Virus record (IMG/VR): IMGVR_UViG_3300030616_000579
Strand: one strand, 5' to 3'
DNA: 64,000 bases
Origin: an uncultured virus (IMG/VR IMGVR_UViG_3300030616_000579)
Lineage: Duplodnaviria; Heunggongvirae; Uroviricota; Caudoviricetes
The notes beneath the pieces are model-generated. The model worked only from the letters and a program-made list of their open reading frames with translations, had not been told where the DNA came from and searched no databases. Of the stretch, positions 1 to 8,736 are shown piece by piece (the stretch's first letter is position 1; every line of letters begins with the position of its first letter). A program made the translations under genes and the position numbers.

Positions 1-122
1 AGGTTGTCGCTTGGTACAACAACATCATATTTCTCTTTCTTCTGCCTCTCGAGTTCATTTACTAACTCGCTCAATTTTTCTTGCAATGTTTTTTCTTTTT
101 CTTCCATTTTTCAATCACCTAT

Positions 123-314
123 TTAGCGGTAAATAATATTATCAAGAGAATCAATTATCTCTTGAAGCTCATCAATTATTTCTTGTATTGTTTCATACCT
201 TTCTGAATCAATTAAATTTTCAGGAGCGTTATCATATTTATCTTGCTCTTCAGATTGAATTTGCTCAATCTCTTCTTTTATCTTTTCAAGTTGGTCTCTT
301 TGTGCTTGATTCAT
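123..314 (-). CDS. Small acidic coiled-coil phage-type hypothetical protein
   Basis: Start MNQAQ follows a GGAGG RBS; the EEQDKYDNAPENL..SER pattern resembles small phage proteins. Confidence 0.6.
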   Translation of the reverse strand: MNQAQRDQLEKIKEEIEQIQSEEQDKYDNAPENLIDSERYETIQEIIDELQEIIDSLDNIIYR

Positions 315-316
315 TT

Positions 317-451
317 TTAGTCCTCCATTCCAACATAAACAATTAACCATTTAGATTTACAATGTTTACAAATATAATTTTCATCCCGTTCTAAATCATC
401 ATCTTCAATATATTTCAATTCTTTTTTACAATCAGGACAATATGATTTCAT
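317..451 (-). CDS. 44-aa Zn-ribbon microprotein (not in ORF track)
   Basis: Manual translation MKSYCPDCKKELKYIEDDDLERDENYICKHCKSKWLIVYVGMED; two CxxC motifs; GGAGG upstream. Confidence 0.6.
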   Translation of the reverse strand: MKSYCPDCKKELKYIEDDDLERDENYICKHCKSKWLIVYVGMED

Positions 452-620
452 TTTTTATGCCTCCTTACTATCATACATCTTTTGGACTTCTTCTGCAAAC
501 CAATAAAGTGCTGCCACACTAATCATTTAGCACCACTCCTGAATAAAGTAGATTTCAACTGCCTCTTTCAATTCATTTTTCTTGTCTGCCATTTCAATCA
601 CAATATTACATATGGCATTC

Positions 621-666
621 TAGTATATAAAGGTTTTGGTGTTTTTAATAGTTTGTTTATATACTA
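621..666. promoter_or_regulatory. Archaeal TATA/BRE promoter (minus strand) within an 11-bp inverted repeat
   Basis: Minus strand reads AAAACC-TTTATATA about 30 nt upstream of the ATG at 592. TAGTATATAAA (621-631) and TTTATATACTA (656-666) form an inverted repeat. Confidence 0.55.
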
Positions 667-687
667 CCACTAAAAAAAGTTGAATCT

Positions 688-1197
688 CTACTCTTCTTTG
701 TCTTTTGGTTTTTTTGATTTTGAGGAGAAAATATAACTGGTTGGTCTTTCCCTTACTTCCCTTTCTGGACTCATATGAATTGCTTCTTCAAGAATATAAG
801 ACTTAACTCTATTAATTCTTTTTAAAATAGCAGTCCAAACAATTTTATGTTCAATTGGTATCTTTTTTGCTGAAGAATCAATAAGACAAATATTATTATT
901 ATTACCTTTATTTTGAAGTCTTGCCAAAGCACAAGCATCAACATACTCCTCAACAAAGTTACCAAGGTTTCTAAAATCAATAACTCCATAATGTGGTATT
1001 CTAATTAAAAATCTAAAATGGCCATGTGATAGTATTGAATCTTCAAAAATATCCATAAAGTAATCTTCTTCATCATCAGTTTCTAAACCTGTATTGTCAA
1101 GTATTTTATGTCTAATGAAATGCTTAAGTTCTCTTATATTATCTTTGGTATCAGCATGTGTTGCTCTTTGTTGTCTTTGCTTTCTTTCTTTAGGCAT
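688..1197 (-). CDS. Hypothetical protein
   Basis: ORF; likely start MPKERK with a GAGG RBS, overlapping the ATPase stop region. Confidence 0.65.
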   Translation of the reverse strand: MPKERKQRQQRATHADTKDNIRELKHFIRHKILDNTGLETDDEEDYFMDIFEDSILSHGHFRFLIRIPHYGVIDFRNLGNFVEEYVDACALARLQNKGNNNNICLIDSSAKKIPIEHKIVWTAILKRINRVKSYILEEAIHMSPEREVRERPTSYIFSSKSKKPKDKEE

Positions 1198-2101
1198 TTT
1201 TATCCTCTTTTGGTGGAACATGAATTTCTATATGATATTTTGGATTTGGCTTATAAATATCAATAAATTTTGTTCTTCCAAACTCACCATCCATTGATAG
1301 CCAAGAATCATTTCCTTCTTTTGGATTTTTCGTTAATCCATCAATTGCTGACTGTGTAACCCTTGACATAGTTTTATCAGCAATTGCTCCTGGAAGAAAT
1401 ATTTGTGTCATAGCTTTTCTCCTAACACGCCAATCAATATCACTTACAGTTTGTGTATTATAAAATACATTCATCATACATCTTCTAACTGCACCCATAT
1501 CACTTGCAAAAGTGATTGTTTTTTGATATAGCATTCCACGTGGATTAGCAGGACATATATCAGCCATTTCATCAACAAATACATTAACCCATTCTCCTAC
1601 TTCTCTTAACCAGTGCATAAAATCCATCCAGGTATAATCAGAATCAAAAACTACAACATTTATTTTACCTCTTTCTGCTTTATTCCATAAATCTTCAAAA
1701 TCAGGAACTAATTTATACTGTGGTTCATATTCACTTGTTTCTTTATTTTTAACTAAAGAATCTATAACTTCTTTTGATTTAAAATATACTTGTCCTAAAT
1801 CAACATGCGATAAATGATTATTTCTATCCCTAAATGCAGCACCTACACCTTCCATTACTAAAAAATGAATAAACTTTCTTCCTATCTTAAAGCATTGGAG
1901 TGGTGCATTATGCTGTTCTCTAAAAAATATTTTTTCATTAGGATGTTCACTTATAACTTCATTCATTAATGCTAAAAGAACAGATGTTTTACCTGAACCT
2001 TGTGAACCAGTTATTTGACAAAGAACTCCACCATGGTCCATATCTCTACTTAATATTCTTTGAATTATTTTCTGACCTTGTATTTCCGGTTTTGAAACCA
2101 T
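1190..2101 (-). CDS. A32/FtsK-HerA-like (Zot-like) ATPase, putative genome packaging/virion assembly
   Basis: Walker A GSQGSGKT, Walker B VFVDE, NTQ motif and DWRVRR arginine-finger region; terminal gene of a membrane-protein block, as in spindle-shaped and pleomorphic archaeal viruses. Confidence 0.75.
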   Translation of the reverse strand: MVSKPEIQGQKIIQRILSRDMDHGGVLCQITGSQGSGKTSVLLALMNEVISEHPNEKIFFREQHNAPLQCFKIGRKFIHFLVMEGVGAAFRDRNNHLSHVDLGQVYFKSKEVIDSLVKNKETSEYEPQYKLVPDFEDLWNKAERGKINVVVFDSDYTWMDFMHWLREVGEWVNVFVDEMADICPANPRGMLYQKTITFASDMGAVRRCMMNVFYNTQTVSDIDWRVRRKAMTQIFLPGAIADKTMSRVTQSAIDGLTKNPKEGNDSWLSMDGEFGRTKFIDIYKPNPKYHIEIHVPPKEDKNA

Positions 2102-2106
2102 TCATA

Positions 2107-2682
2107 CTATACCTCAAATTTTTCTTTTTTTGGATTACTTGGTATTGATAATTTAGGCTTATTTTCTTTTGGTATTGATTTAGGAGCCTTTGGTTTCTCA
2201 ACTTCTTTTGGTTTTTCAGGAGGAGATGGTATTTCTTCCTCCTCTTCTATTTCTTCTGGAATATACTCTGTTTCAACTGGTTCTATTCCACCATATACTG
2301 GATGACGTATAGGTACTAATTTAAATTGTTGTAATAACTCAATTATTATTTCTTCATACACTTCTCTAAAATCCCATTTAGCTTGAAAACTTTCATTAGT
2401 TCTGATAGAATCAGCATTTATTTTATTTGGTGCATTTTGTGCCCTTCTTTCAATATCATCTAATTGTTCATCTAAATCTTTTTCTAATTGATTCTTTTGA
2501 TATTGTAATATATTATAGGCATCAGGAATAACTTTCAATAAAACTTCAACACTTCTTGCTATTTCCTCAAAAGCTACATCATTCCTTTGCTCTCTTGCTA
2601 ATTGTAAAATATCAAATTTTTCTGCTAATCTATCTTCTAAAGTTCTTCCTATTACTTCTCTTTCTTCAGATGGTAAAACCAT
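2107..2682 (-). CDS. Helical hypothetical protein with E/P/K-rich tail (assembly block)
   Basis: 191-aa ORF with GGAGTG RBS, adjacent to the ATPase. Confidence 0.7.
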   Translation of the reverse strand: MVLPSEEREVIGRTLEDRLAEKFDILQLAREQRNDVAFEEIARSVEVLLKVIPDAYNILQYQKNQLEKDLDEQLDDIERRAQNAPNKINADSIRTNESFQAKWDFREVYEEIIIELLQQFKLVPIRHPVYGGIEPVETEYIPEEIEEEEEIPSPPEKPKEVEKPKAPKSIPKENKPKLSIPSNPKKEKFEV

Positions 2683-2803
2683 TTTTATTTCACTCCTTTT
2701 TTCTAAATTTCTTTAATTTCTCCTTTTGTTTCTTTTTTAAATCTTCTGCTTGTTGGGCTCCTTGATTAAAGCACCCCTTCAAGTATTGAATAATCCATCC
2801 CAT

Positions 2804-3340
2804 TTATACACCCATTCCACCTTGGAATCCAGCCATTATTTTTGGCATAAAGAATATAAAGAATATTCCAAGAACTGCCATACCAATTGCTAATATCAAT
2901 AAAATAAGTGATTTACTATTCATCTTCATTCCAGGTCTACCAAAACCTTTTATTTCTTCAAGTGTTCTGGCGTTATGATATCTCATTAATGTCTTAATAT
3001 TATATGGACTTATTCTAATTATATAATCTTCTAATGAATGAAGGTCTACTGGTATTCCACCAATAATAGTTGGATGTGTTCCTTTTCTTGATGGAAGATT
3101 TTTTATTTCATCTAATATAGATAAAGGTGATTTATCAGACGCTGGTTGCACATTTGGTGATAATTGTGATTGTCTTTCATATTGTTGTTGTGGTGGTTGC
3201 TCTGTTTGTTGATAATATTCTTCTTGGTATGGATACTGCTCGTATTGTTGTGGTTGTTCTGGAGGATAATAAGGTATATCAGCTGTATCCATATTTCTAC
3301 TTCCTTTAAATCTATCTCTTAATCTACTCAAGATGACCAC
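2804..3340 (-). CDS. Q/P/Y-rich protein with C-terminal TM helix
   Basis: ORF; hydrophobic C-terminus LILLILAIGMAVLGIFFIFF. Confidence 0.7.
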   Translation of the reverse strand: MVILSRLRDRFKGSRNMDTADIPYYPPEQPQQYEQYPYQEEYYQQTEQPPQQQYERQSQLSPNVQPASDKSPLSILDEIKNLPSRKGTHPTIIGGIPVDLHSLEDYIIRISPYNIKTLMRYHNARTLEEIKGFGRPGMKMNSKSLILLILAIGMAVLGIFFIFFMPKIMAGFQGGMGV

Positions 3341-3866
3341 CTTGTCCCATATATTCTTTTGCTTTTATTTCTTTTTTCTTACCCATAAAACCATCACTTC
3401 TTGCTTCTCTTATATTGGCAAAGCCGTGTCTTGTCTTTAAAAATGCAGCATATAAACACATTCCAAGGTCAATAGCGTGACCTGTTCCTTCTGGAACAAA
3501 TCTAACTGAATGGTCAAATAATCTATATGATTTCATCTCTTGAATTTGAGCATCTAATTCTTTACTATATAATTGTCCTTCTACTTCACGCATAGCAGGA
3601 GTAATTTTGATTGTTCCGTCTTTATAAATATAAAACCAAATGATGCTTCCTGGTTTACCAAATTCAAGTAAATGTTCTGCTCCTGTTTTTCTTGCTCGAC
3701 CATGAACAAGTGATGCTCCAACAAATACAAGACAAAAACCTACTCCAAACATAATAAATCTAAAATAGTCTGGAATAAAAATTTGTTCTTGTAAAGGCAT
3801 TAGACCTACTATTCCTCCCATAATAAATCCAAAGATTATCATCATATAAAAAAAGAAAAATAACAT
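3324..3866 (-). CDS. Membrane protein with two N-terminal TM helices
   Basis: ORF, hydropathy, translational coupling with neighbours. Confidence 0.7.
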   Translation of the reverse strand: MLFFFFYMMIIFGFIMGGIVGLMPLQEQIFIPDYFRFIMFGVGFCLVFVGASLVHGRARKTGAEHLLEFGKPGSIIWFYIYKDGTIKITPAMREVEGQLYSKELDAQIQEMKSYRLFDHSVRFVPEGTGHAIDLGMCLYAAFLKTRHGFANIREARSDGFMGKKKEIKAKEYMGQGGHLE

Positions 3867-4333
3867 TATTTAACCTCACTCCATCCACTTTCAAGCATAT
3901 GTCCTGAATCGCCTGATGTATCTTTTGATAATCTACCTAATAATCCTCTTTTCTTTTTCTTCATTAAAACCTTTTGAATTGATTCTGTCCTATCAATTCC
4001 TCTTCCAAATAATGTCTGGAAACCATTTATACTTCTTGATGCTTGCATTTTCATCAATTCTTTACCCATTATTTGTCTTGCCTCATCATAAAGTCCCATT
4101 TCTAAAAGCATACATATTTCCTCAAATGATATCATTAAACCAAGAAGGTCTGACCGCTGTATATTACCAAGTGCCATGATATGTGAAAACATCATATAAA
4201 ACTTTTCAAACTGCTTTCTTTCTCTTGGTGGAATATCATGATAAGGTGATAATAAAAATTGAACAGCAGTTAAAGAAGCGTCAGTATCCATATCATGCCG
4301 ACGCCTTGGCAATTCAGGATAATCTTCGTTCAT
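3866..4333 (-). CDS. Hypothetical protein (assembly block)
   Basis: 155-aa ORF with ATGA overlap to the upstream gene. Confidence 0.7.
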   Translation of the reverse strand: MNEDYPELPRRRHDMDTDASLTAVQFLLSPYHDIPPRERKQFEKFYMMFSHIMALGNIQRSDLLGLMISFEEICMLLEMGLYDEARQIMGKELMKMQASRSINGFQTLFGRGIDRTESIQKVLMKKKKRGLLGRLSKDTSGDSGHMLESGWSEVK

Positions 4334-4683
4334 TGTGCTTCACTTATCTCCTTTCTAACTCTTCTCTTCTCAAAATAAAGAGTTAATGCTGTTCCAAGTG
4401 CAAGTAATCCACCTAACAAAGGTAAAATTGCTCTTATAGTTGTTTCCATTGGTGTTGGTGTAATTCCAATTAATACTAACAATATTCCAAAAATAGGTCC
4501 TATAGTTCCAACAAATAAAATTAATGGTGGAACTCTTGGTCGTTTGGGGTTTAAATATTTTTGAGTGATATGTTCTCTAAATTCCTCGCTTCTATTAATA
4601 TCTCTATTACTATCTAAAAAAGTTTTCATACTTTTTGGTATAACTAAATTAATTTGTACCATTTCTTCTCCCATATGGTCCAC
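4330..4683 (-). CDS. Ribbon-helix-helix (CopG-like) protein with two C-terminal TM helices
   Basis: N-terminal VQINLVIPKSMKTFLD..INRSEEFREHI fits the RHH pattern; two hydrophobic helices follow. Confidence 0.6.
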   Translation of the reverse strand: MDHMGEEMVQINLVIPKSMKTFLDSNRDINRSEEFREHITQKYLNPKRPRVPPLILFVGTIGPIFGILLVLIGITPTPMETTIRAILPLLGGLLALGTALTLYFEKRRVRKEISEAQ

Positions 4684-4686
4684 CTC

Positions 4687-4717
4687 ATTATATACTAAAT
4701 ATTAAATAGTATATAAT
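4687..4717. promoter_or_regulatory. 11-bp inverted repeat upstream of the RHH gene, candidate operator
   Basis: ATTATATACTA (4687-4697) and TAGTATATAAT (4707-4717); same 10-mer as at 621-666. Confidence 0.45.
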
Positions 4718-4807
4718 TTCTCAATGCACCGCCAACCATATTATATATTGTTTCTTTGTATTTAAAATTATGGGTATAATGGGAGAGAGGGGTATCTTAC
4801 TAAAAAA

Positions 4808-5089
4808 TTACCAATATCTATTTCTTGCTCTATAAGGTTTTACGGGAATACTTAACCTTGGTGCTTTGGTTTTATATTTTATAGATGTTCTTGGTCGTCT
4901 ATAAGTCGCCATACCTTGTGTTCGGGTGGCATATCTACCTCTTGCTGGATACCTTCTATATTGTCTTTGTCGTGGTTCATACATAGTATCCATAACACCT
5001 CTTGCTGTTCCTGCTAATATACCTAATCCTATTCCCATGCCTGCTATAGGCATTATTGTTCCTGCTGCATCGGCAGCGCTGTATGTCAT
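4808..5089 (-). CDS. Gly-rich hydrophobic N-helix plus Arg/Tyr-rich tail; putative membrane-associated DNA-binding virion protein
   Basis: Start MTYSA after GGAGG; composition. Confidence 0.6.
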   Translation of the reverse strand: MTYSAADAAGTIMPIAGMGIGLGILAGTARGVMDTMYEPRQRQYRRYPARGRYATRTQGMATYRRPRTSIKYKTKAPRLSIPVKPYRARNRYW

Positions 5090-5090
5090 T

Positions 5091-5282
5091 TTATGTCCTC
5101 CTTGCCCATAAATAATATTCATATCCACCTTTTGGCATTTTCTCTTTTGTAATTCTAATACTATATCCCATCTTTTTCATATGATAAGCTACTCCTTTCG
5201 CATATGTTTGTGAGTTAAATGCTTCTTTTGCAATATACGTCTTTCCATCAAATTTTCTTTTTCTTCTAATTAAATGACTCAT
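5091..5282 (-). CDS. Small basic protein
   Basis: MSHLIRRKRKFDGKTY...; K/R-rich; similar pattern to 6606-6845 and 7027-7155. Confidence 0.6.
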   Translation of the reverse strand: MSHLIRRKRKFDGKTYIAKEAFNSQTYAKGVAYHMKKMGYSIRITKEKMPKGGYEYYLWARRT

Positions 5283-5464
5283 TTGCCCACCTTGTGACCC
5301 CAAATAAGTGCACCATCACCATAACTCTTACTTATTGGTGTGCACTTAAATCCTTGTTTCATGCTTTTCTTTCTTTGTTGCTCAGCAAGTTTTTTATTTG
5401 ATGCTACATAAGTTAATACTTTGCCTGATGGTTTGCTTCTATATTTATACCAATATACTGCCAT
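5279..5464 (-). CDS. Small basic protein
   Basis: ORF with GAGGTG RBS. Confidence 0.6.
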   Translation of the reverse strand: MAVYWYKYRSKPSGKVLTYVASNKKLAEQQRKKSMKQGFKCTPISKSYGDGALIWGHKVGK

Positions 5465-5474
5465 TATATCACCT

Positions 5475-5687
5475 CTATTTATATATGTATTTTCCTTTAT
5501 AAATTATACAACCTAATTGTCTATCTTTGCCTTTGTTATAAATATAAGTTTTTCCAGTTTTGGAAGAAACAAGTTGAAAAGGTATTTTATAATGTTTCTT
5601 CACCCATCTAACAGCTTCTTTTCTTGTTCCAAAAAAGGAACCAAGTTTTTCTCTTCCTTTTGATGTTCTTATACTCCATGCTGTCAT
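5475..5687 (-). CDS. Small basic protein
   Basis: Likely start MTAWS; K-rich. Confidence 0.55.
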   Translation of the reverse strand: MTAWSIRTSKGREKLGSFFGTRKEAVRWVKKHYKIPFQLVSSKTGKTYIYNKGKDRQLGCIIYKGKYIYK

Positions 5688-5688
5688 T

Positions 5689-5982
5689 TTAATTACCCCT
5701 TTTATCCATTCGCCTTCCTTGAACAACTGGAGACATATTTGTTACTCTATATACTTCTTGCTTTGGATAAACTGCTGTATGACCATCTGGAAACTTAACA
5801 GCTACACAATTATATGTAGAGCATCCTCCATACTTAATTGATTCTTTCATTGCCCCTGAAGTATCAAATTTTGAAAGTTTTTCATATTCACCTATATCAA
5901 TTACCTTTCCTCTTGCAGAGGTTGGTATAAGAGGCCCATATACCCAATCGCCTTTTTTTAAGTTTGTTCCAATATTTTCCAT
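5689..5982 (-). CDS. Hypothetical protein, possible SH3-like fold
   Basis: LKKGDWV...GKVID...VAVKFPDG pattern; GGTGA RBS. Confidence 0.55.
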   Translation of the reverse strand: MENIGTNLKKGDWVYGPLIPTSARGKVIDIGEYEKLSKFDTSGAMKESIKYGGCSTYNCVAVKFPDGHTAVYPKQEVYRVTNMSPVVQGRRMDKRGN

Positions 5983-6044
5983 TTCGTCACCACATCTATA
6001 TTCTTTACCTCATATTTTAACTTTTTGGTCTTTTTAATATTTGA

Positions 6045-6227
6045 TTATTTCCATCTTGCAGATATATCATAAGTTCCATCCACAGTTAATTCTAACTGAA
6101 ACTTTGCTTTTCTCGCTGGAATCTTTTTTCCTGTTCTAGTATAAACCATTTTATTTTTTTCTTTTAACTTTTTAACAATCTTTTTCCAATTTTGTTTTGT
6201 TACTTTCATACCAACATATACTGTCAT
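6045..6227 (-). CDS. Small basic protein
   Basis: ORF with GGAGG RBS. Confidence 0.6.
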   Translation of the reverse strand: MTVYVGMKVTKQNWKKIVKKLKEKNKMVYTRTGKKIPARKAKFQLELTVDGTYDISARWK

Positions 6228-6229
6228 TC

Positions 6230-6604
6230 TTAATACCTCCCTAATTTTTCATTCTTTGGAAACTTCAATTGATACCCCATATCAACTATCGCACCTTTCT
6301 GTGTCATATTATTAATCCAATCATCAACTGCCTTTGTCCTCTCTATATCCTCAAGTGATATTGCCTGTATGCCTGGCCTCTCTACATTCATTTGATATCT
6401 TCCTTTAAGTTTCTCAAGTGTCTTTGTGCCTTTCTTAACTTTCTTTTGTGATAGTTCCTTTTTCATATAATAAACTGCTTTTTCATGACCGAATCCTCTA
6501 TTTCTATAAGCCATATAGAGGTCGGGATTATTTCTAATAAATTGTTCTTCCTTCTGTCGCTTTTTCATAAGTTTCTTTTTCTTTTTGGAATTAACATAAA
6601 CCAT
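6230..6604 (-). CDS. Basic hypothetical protein
   Basis: ORF with GGAGG RBS; poly-Lys N-terminus. Confidence 0.6.
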   Translation of the reverse strand: MVYVNSKKKKKLMKKRQKEEQFIRNNPDLYMAYRNRGFGHEKAVYYMKKELSQKKVKKGTKTLEKLKGRYQMNVERPGIQAISLEDIERTKAVDDWINNMTQKGAIVDMGYQLKFPKNEKLGRY

Positions 6605-6605
6605 T

Positions 6606-6845
6606 TTACTTCCTCCTACTCCACAACTGAATCATTTTTTTATCAAACCTATCAGACTCAACTTTTAAAATTAAGTTATGTCGTCTATAAACCTTAATTA
6701 TATCATCTTTCATCTTAATTGGCACTGTGCCATTATACTGATACTTCTTTCCTCCAATTACTTTGTATTTGTTAAAGTAATTTAAATTTAATTTGAATTG
6801 CTTCTGTTTCATTCTACTTTTTGGATACATTTTCACTTTAGTCAC
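6606..6845 (-). CDS. Small basic protein
   Basis: ORF; K-rich. Confidence 0.55.
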   Translation of the reverse strand: MTKVKMYPKSRMKQKQFKLNLNYFNKYKVIGGKKYQYNGTVPIKMKDDIIKVYRRHNLILKVESDRFDKKMIQLWSRRK

Positions 6846-6854
6846 CTTATTTTA

Positions 6855-6919
6855 CTTAGTAATTATTAAAGTATATACTTTTTAATTAATTACTGAGGAA
6901 GGGTAATTTAATACCCTTC
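6855..6919. promoter_or_regulatory. AT-rich palindrome plus hairpin (candidate terminator and promoter/operator)
   Basis: Perfect 14-bp palindrome AAAGTATATACTTT inside a longer imperfect inverted repeat; adjacent hairpin GAAGGGTA-N6-TACCCTTC (6898-6919). Confidence 0.4.
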
Positions 6920-6936
6920 TCCATTAGACTTTTTAT

Positions 6937-7017
6937 TTATTTTTTTGGCATTTTACATCTTACTTTACTTTTCTTGCCTTTTACTTTTCTATAATAATAT
7001 TTTTTCTTTTTCGTCAT
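6937..7017 (-). CDS. 26-aa Lys-rich microprotein (not in ORF track)
   Basis: MTKKKKYYYRKVKGKKSKVRCKMPKK with GAGGT RBS. Confidence 0.45.
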   Translation of the reverse strand: MTKKKKYYYRKVKGKKSKVRCKMPKK

Positions 7018-7026
7018 ATTATTACC

Positions 7027-7155
7027 TCATTTTCTTGTTACACTAACTTTCCACTTGCCTTTTGCTTTATAAAGTCCTGCCTCAAAACCTTTCTTTCGCA
7101 TCTTAGACGCAAAATCTTTAGCATTACCTTTATTTTTAAATGGTCCATGCTCCAT
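7027..7155 (-). CDS. 42-aa basic microprotein with SPOR-like pattern (not in ORF track)
   Basis: MEHGPFKNKGNAKDFASKMRKKGFEAGLYKAKGKWKVSVTRK with GGAGGTGA RBS. Confidence 0.6.
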   Translation of the reverse strand: MEHGPFKNKGNAKDFASKMRKKGFEAGLYKAKGKWKVSVTRK

Positions 7156-7169
7156 TCTATTTCACCTCC

Positions 7170-7268
7170 TTAATATTTTATTCTTTTTCCTTTTATTCTT
7201 GTTCGTTTCAGTTGCTTTCCTTTTTTTACTCTTCGAGTTTTTAATCTTCGAGTTTTAATACTTTTCAT
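7170..7268 (-). CDS. 32-aa protamine-like microprotein (not in ORF track)
   Basis: MKSIKTRRLKTRRVKKGKQLKRTRIKGKRIKY with GAGGTGA RBS. Confidence 0.55.
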   Translation of the reverse strand: MKSIKTRRLKTRRVKKGKQLKRTRIKGKRIKY

Positions 7269-7271
7269 TTC

Positions 7272-7382
7272 TCACCTCTTTTTATATCTAACTCTTTTAT
7301 GAATTTTTGTTCTAACCTTTGGCCTTATCCTTTTAGGTGATTTTGCATTAAGCTTTCTTCTTTTTATATTATCAAACCTCAA
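7272..7382 (-). CDS. About 36-aa K/R-rich microprotein, start uncertain (not in ORF track)
   Basis: ...IKRRKLNAKSPKRIRPKVRTKIHKRVRYKKR; fills the gap between neighbours; TTG overlaps the upstream stop. Confidence 0.4.
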   Translation of the reverse strand: MRFDNIKRRKLNAKSPKRIRPKVRTKIHKRVRYKKR

Positions 7383-7594
7383 TATGAATGTTTAACTTTT
7401 TTATCTAACTTATATTTCTTCTTTGACTTCACTGGTTTTCCTTTTATAGATTTCTTTTTACTTACTTTTTTACCTCTTATCTTCTTTATTCTTTCCGCTG
7501 GGTCTGCTTTAACTTTCAATCTTAACTGTTTAATTGGTACTGGCTTCATTATTTTTACTTCTTCGGCTTTAACTTTTAATGATATTTTTTTCAT
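7379..7594 (-). CDS. Lys-rich microprotein
   Basis: 71 aa, very K-rich, internal repeat LKVKA; GGTGA RBS. Confidence 0.6.
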   Translation of the reverse strand: MKKISLKVKAEEVKIMKPVPIKQLRLKVKADPAERIKKIRGKKVSKKKSIKGKPVKSKKKYKLDKKVKHSY

Positions 7595-7740
7595 TTTTTC
7601 ACCTTAACTCTTTTTCTTTTTTTCTTCCATCTATAATATCTTTTTTTACTCCATTTATAAACGGACCTTGTATCTTGTTTTAATTTAACTATTCCTTCAC
7701 TTGCATCATCACTTAATTTTATTATTGGTACTTTTTTCAT
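7591..7740 (-). CDS. 49-aa basic microprotein (not in ORF track)
   Basis: MKKVPIIKLSDDASEGIVKLKQDTRSVYKWSKKRYYRWKKKRKRVKVKK; ATGA overlaps at both ends. Confidence 0.55.
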   Translation of the reverse strand: MKKVPIIKLSDDASEGIVKLKQDTRSVYKWSKKRYYRWKKKRKRVKVKK

Positions 7741-8657
7741 CTTCTTACTCTCCTTCCAAAATACATAAATCTTGGACTTTTAAAATTTATAGTTGCCATT
7801 GGCATTAATCCTTTTGGCCTTGTTATTTGATTCCTTTTTGTTGGCATTGCTTTAACAGGAGGAACTTTAAGTATTGCCTGTTTTGCTGATACTGGTCTAT
7901 ATGGAACTACTCCACGACCAAATGATGATTGTTCTTGATAATGTGATGACCTTTTCATATCATAAGGAACTTTTACAGAAGAATACTCTTCTGCTTCAAT
8001 ACCTAATTTCTCTTTATATTCTTCAGGTATTTCTATTTCATCTGATTCTGTTTCTACTGTTGAACTAGGCAATCTTGGTATCCTTGGTTCTTGATATGAA
8101 GGACTACCCCACCATCCTGTTGAAGGTGGAGGTCTGGAACTACTTCTTTTTTTAGGAAACATTGATGATATTGGTTGTTTAGTTTTTAAACCTTCTCTTA
8201 CATTTGACCTTGCTTGTCTAAATCCTCCTTGTTCAGTTAAAACTTCACCCATATCTTTCATTCTTTTTCCTGCTTTTACTGTTACATCTGCTCCTTGCCC
8301 TACTTTTTCAGCAATATACTCACCTGCTTTCTTTCCATATTTTTTTATGTCAGTTGTTAATTCTTCTGCTCCTTCTTTAATATATCCTTCTTCTCCAAGT
8401 TTTTTCTTTTTATTTCTTAATTCATATTCTCCTGTTTTTTCATTATATTTAAAATCTTCAATATCTTTCTGTAATTGTTGTGCTTCTCCTGGACCACCTG
8501 AAACTTTCTTTTTGATATCATGCCACCAACCTTGCTTATGAGGATTAAAAGGTTGGCAATCTTTCCAGTCAAGCACTTTGTCTCTATCTGTATCTAAATT
8601 TAAATGAAAATTTATAGGTTTGATTTTTATTGGTTTAAGTTTCATTGGTTTATACAT
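7737..8657 (-). CDS. Basic, largely disordered protein with a thrombospondin-type-3-like Ca-binding motif
   Basis: LDTDRDKVLDWKDCQPFNP motif near the N-terminus. Confidence 0.65.
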   Translation of the reverse strand: MYKPMKLKPIKIKPINFHLNLDTDRDKVLDWKDCQPFNPHKQGWWHDIKKKVSGGPGEAQQLQKDIEDFKYNEKTGEYELRNKKKKLGEEGYIKEGAEELTTDIKKYGKKAGEYIAEKVGQGADVTVKAGKRMKDMGEVLTEQGGFRQARSNVREGLKTKQPISSMFPKKRSSSRPPPSTGWWGSPSYQEPRIPRLPSSTVETESDEIEIPEEYKEKLGIEAEEYSSVKVPYDMKRSSHYQEQSSFGRGVVPYRPVSAKQAILKVPPVKAMPTKRNQITRPKGLMPMATINFKSPRFMYFGRRVRR

Positions 8658-8736
8658 AATTACACCTTAGGAGGAAAGTAGGCCCTGCCAAGAGAAAGGA
8701 AAGTGAAAGAGATAGCAGGACCTATAGTCCACCAAC

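Noticed and set aside
455..592. Stop-codon readthrough or alternative genetic code (in-frame TAA-ATG junction)
   Set aside because: Long genes are intact under the standard code and all three stops are used; adjacent microgenes explain the junction.
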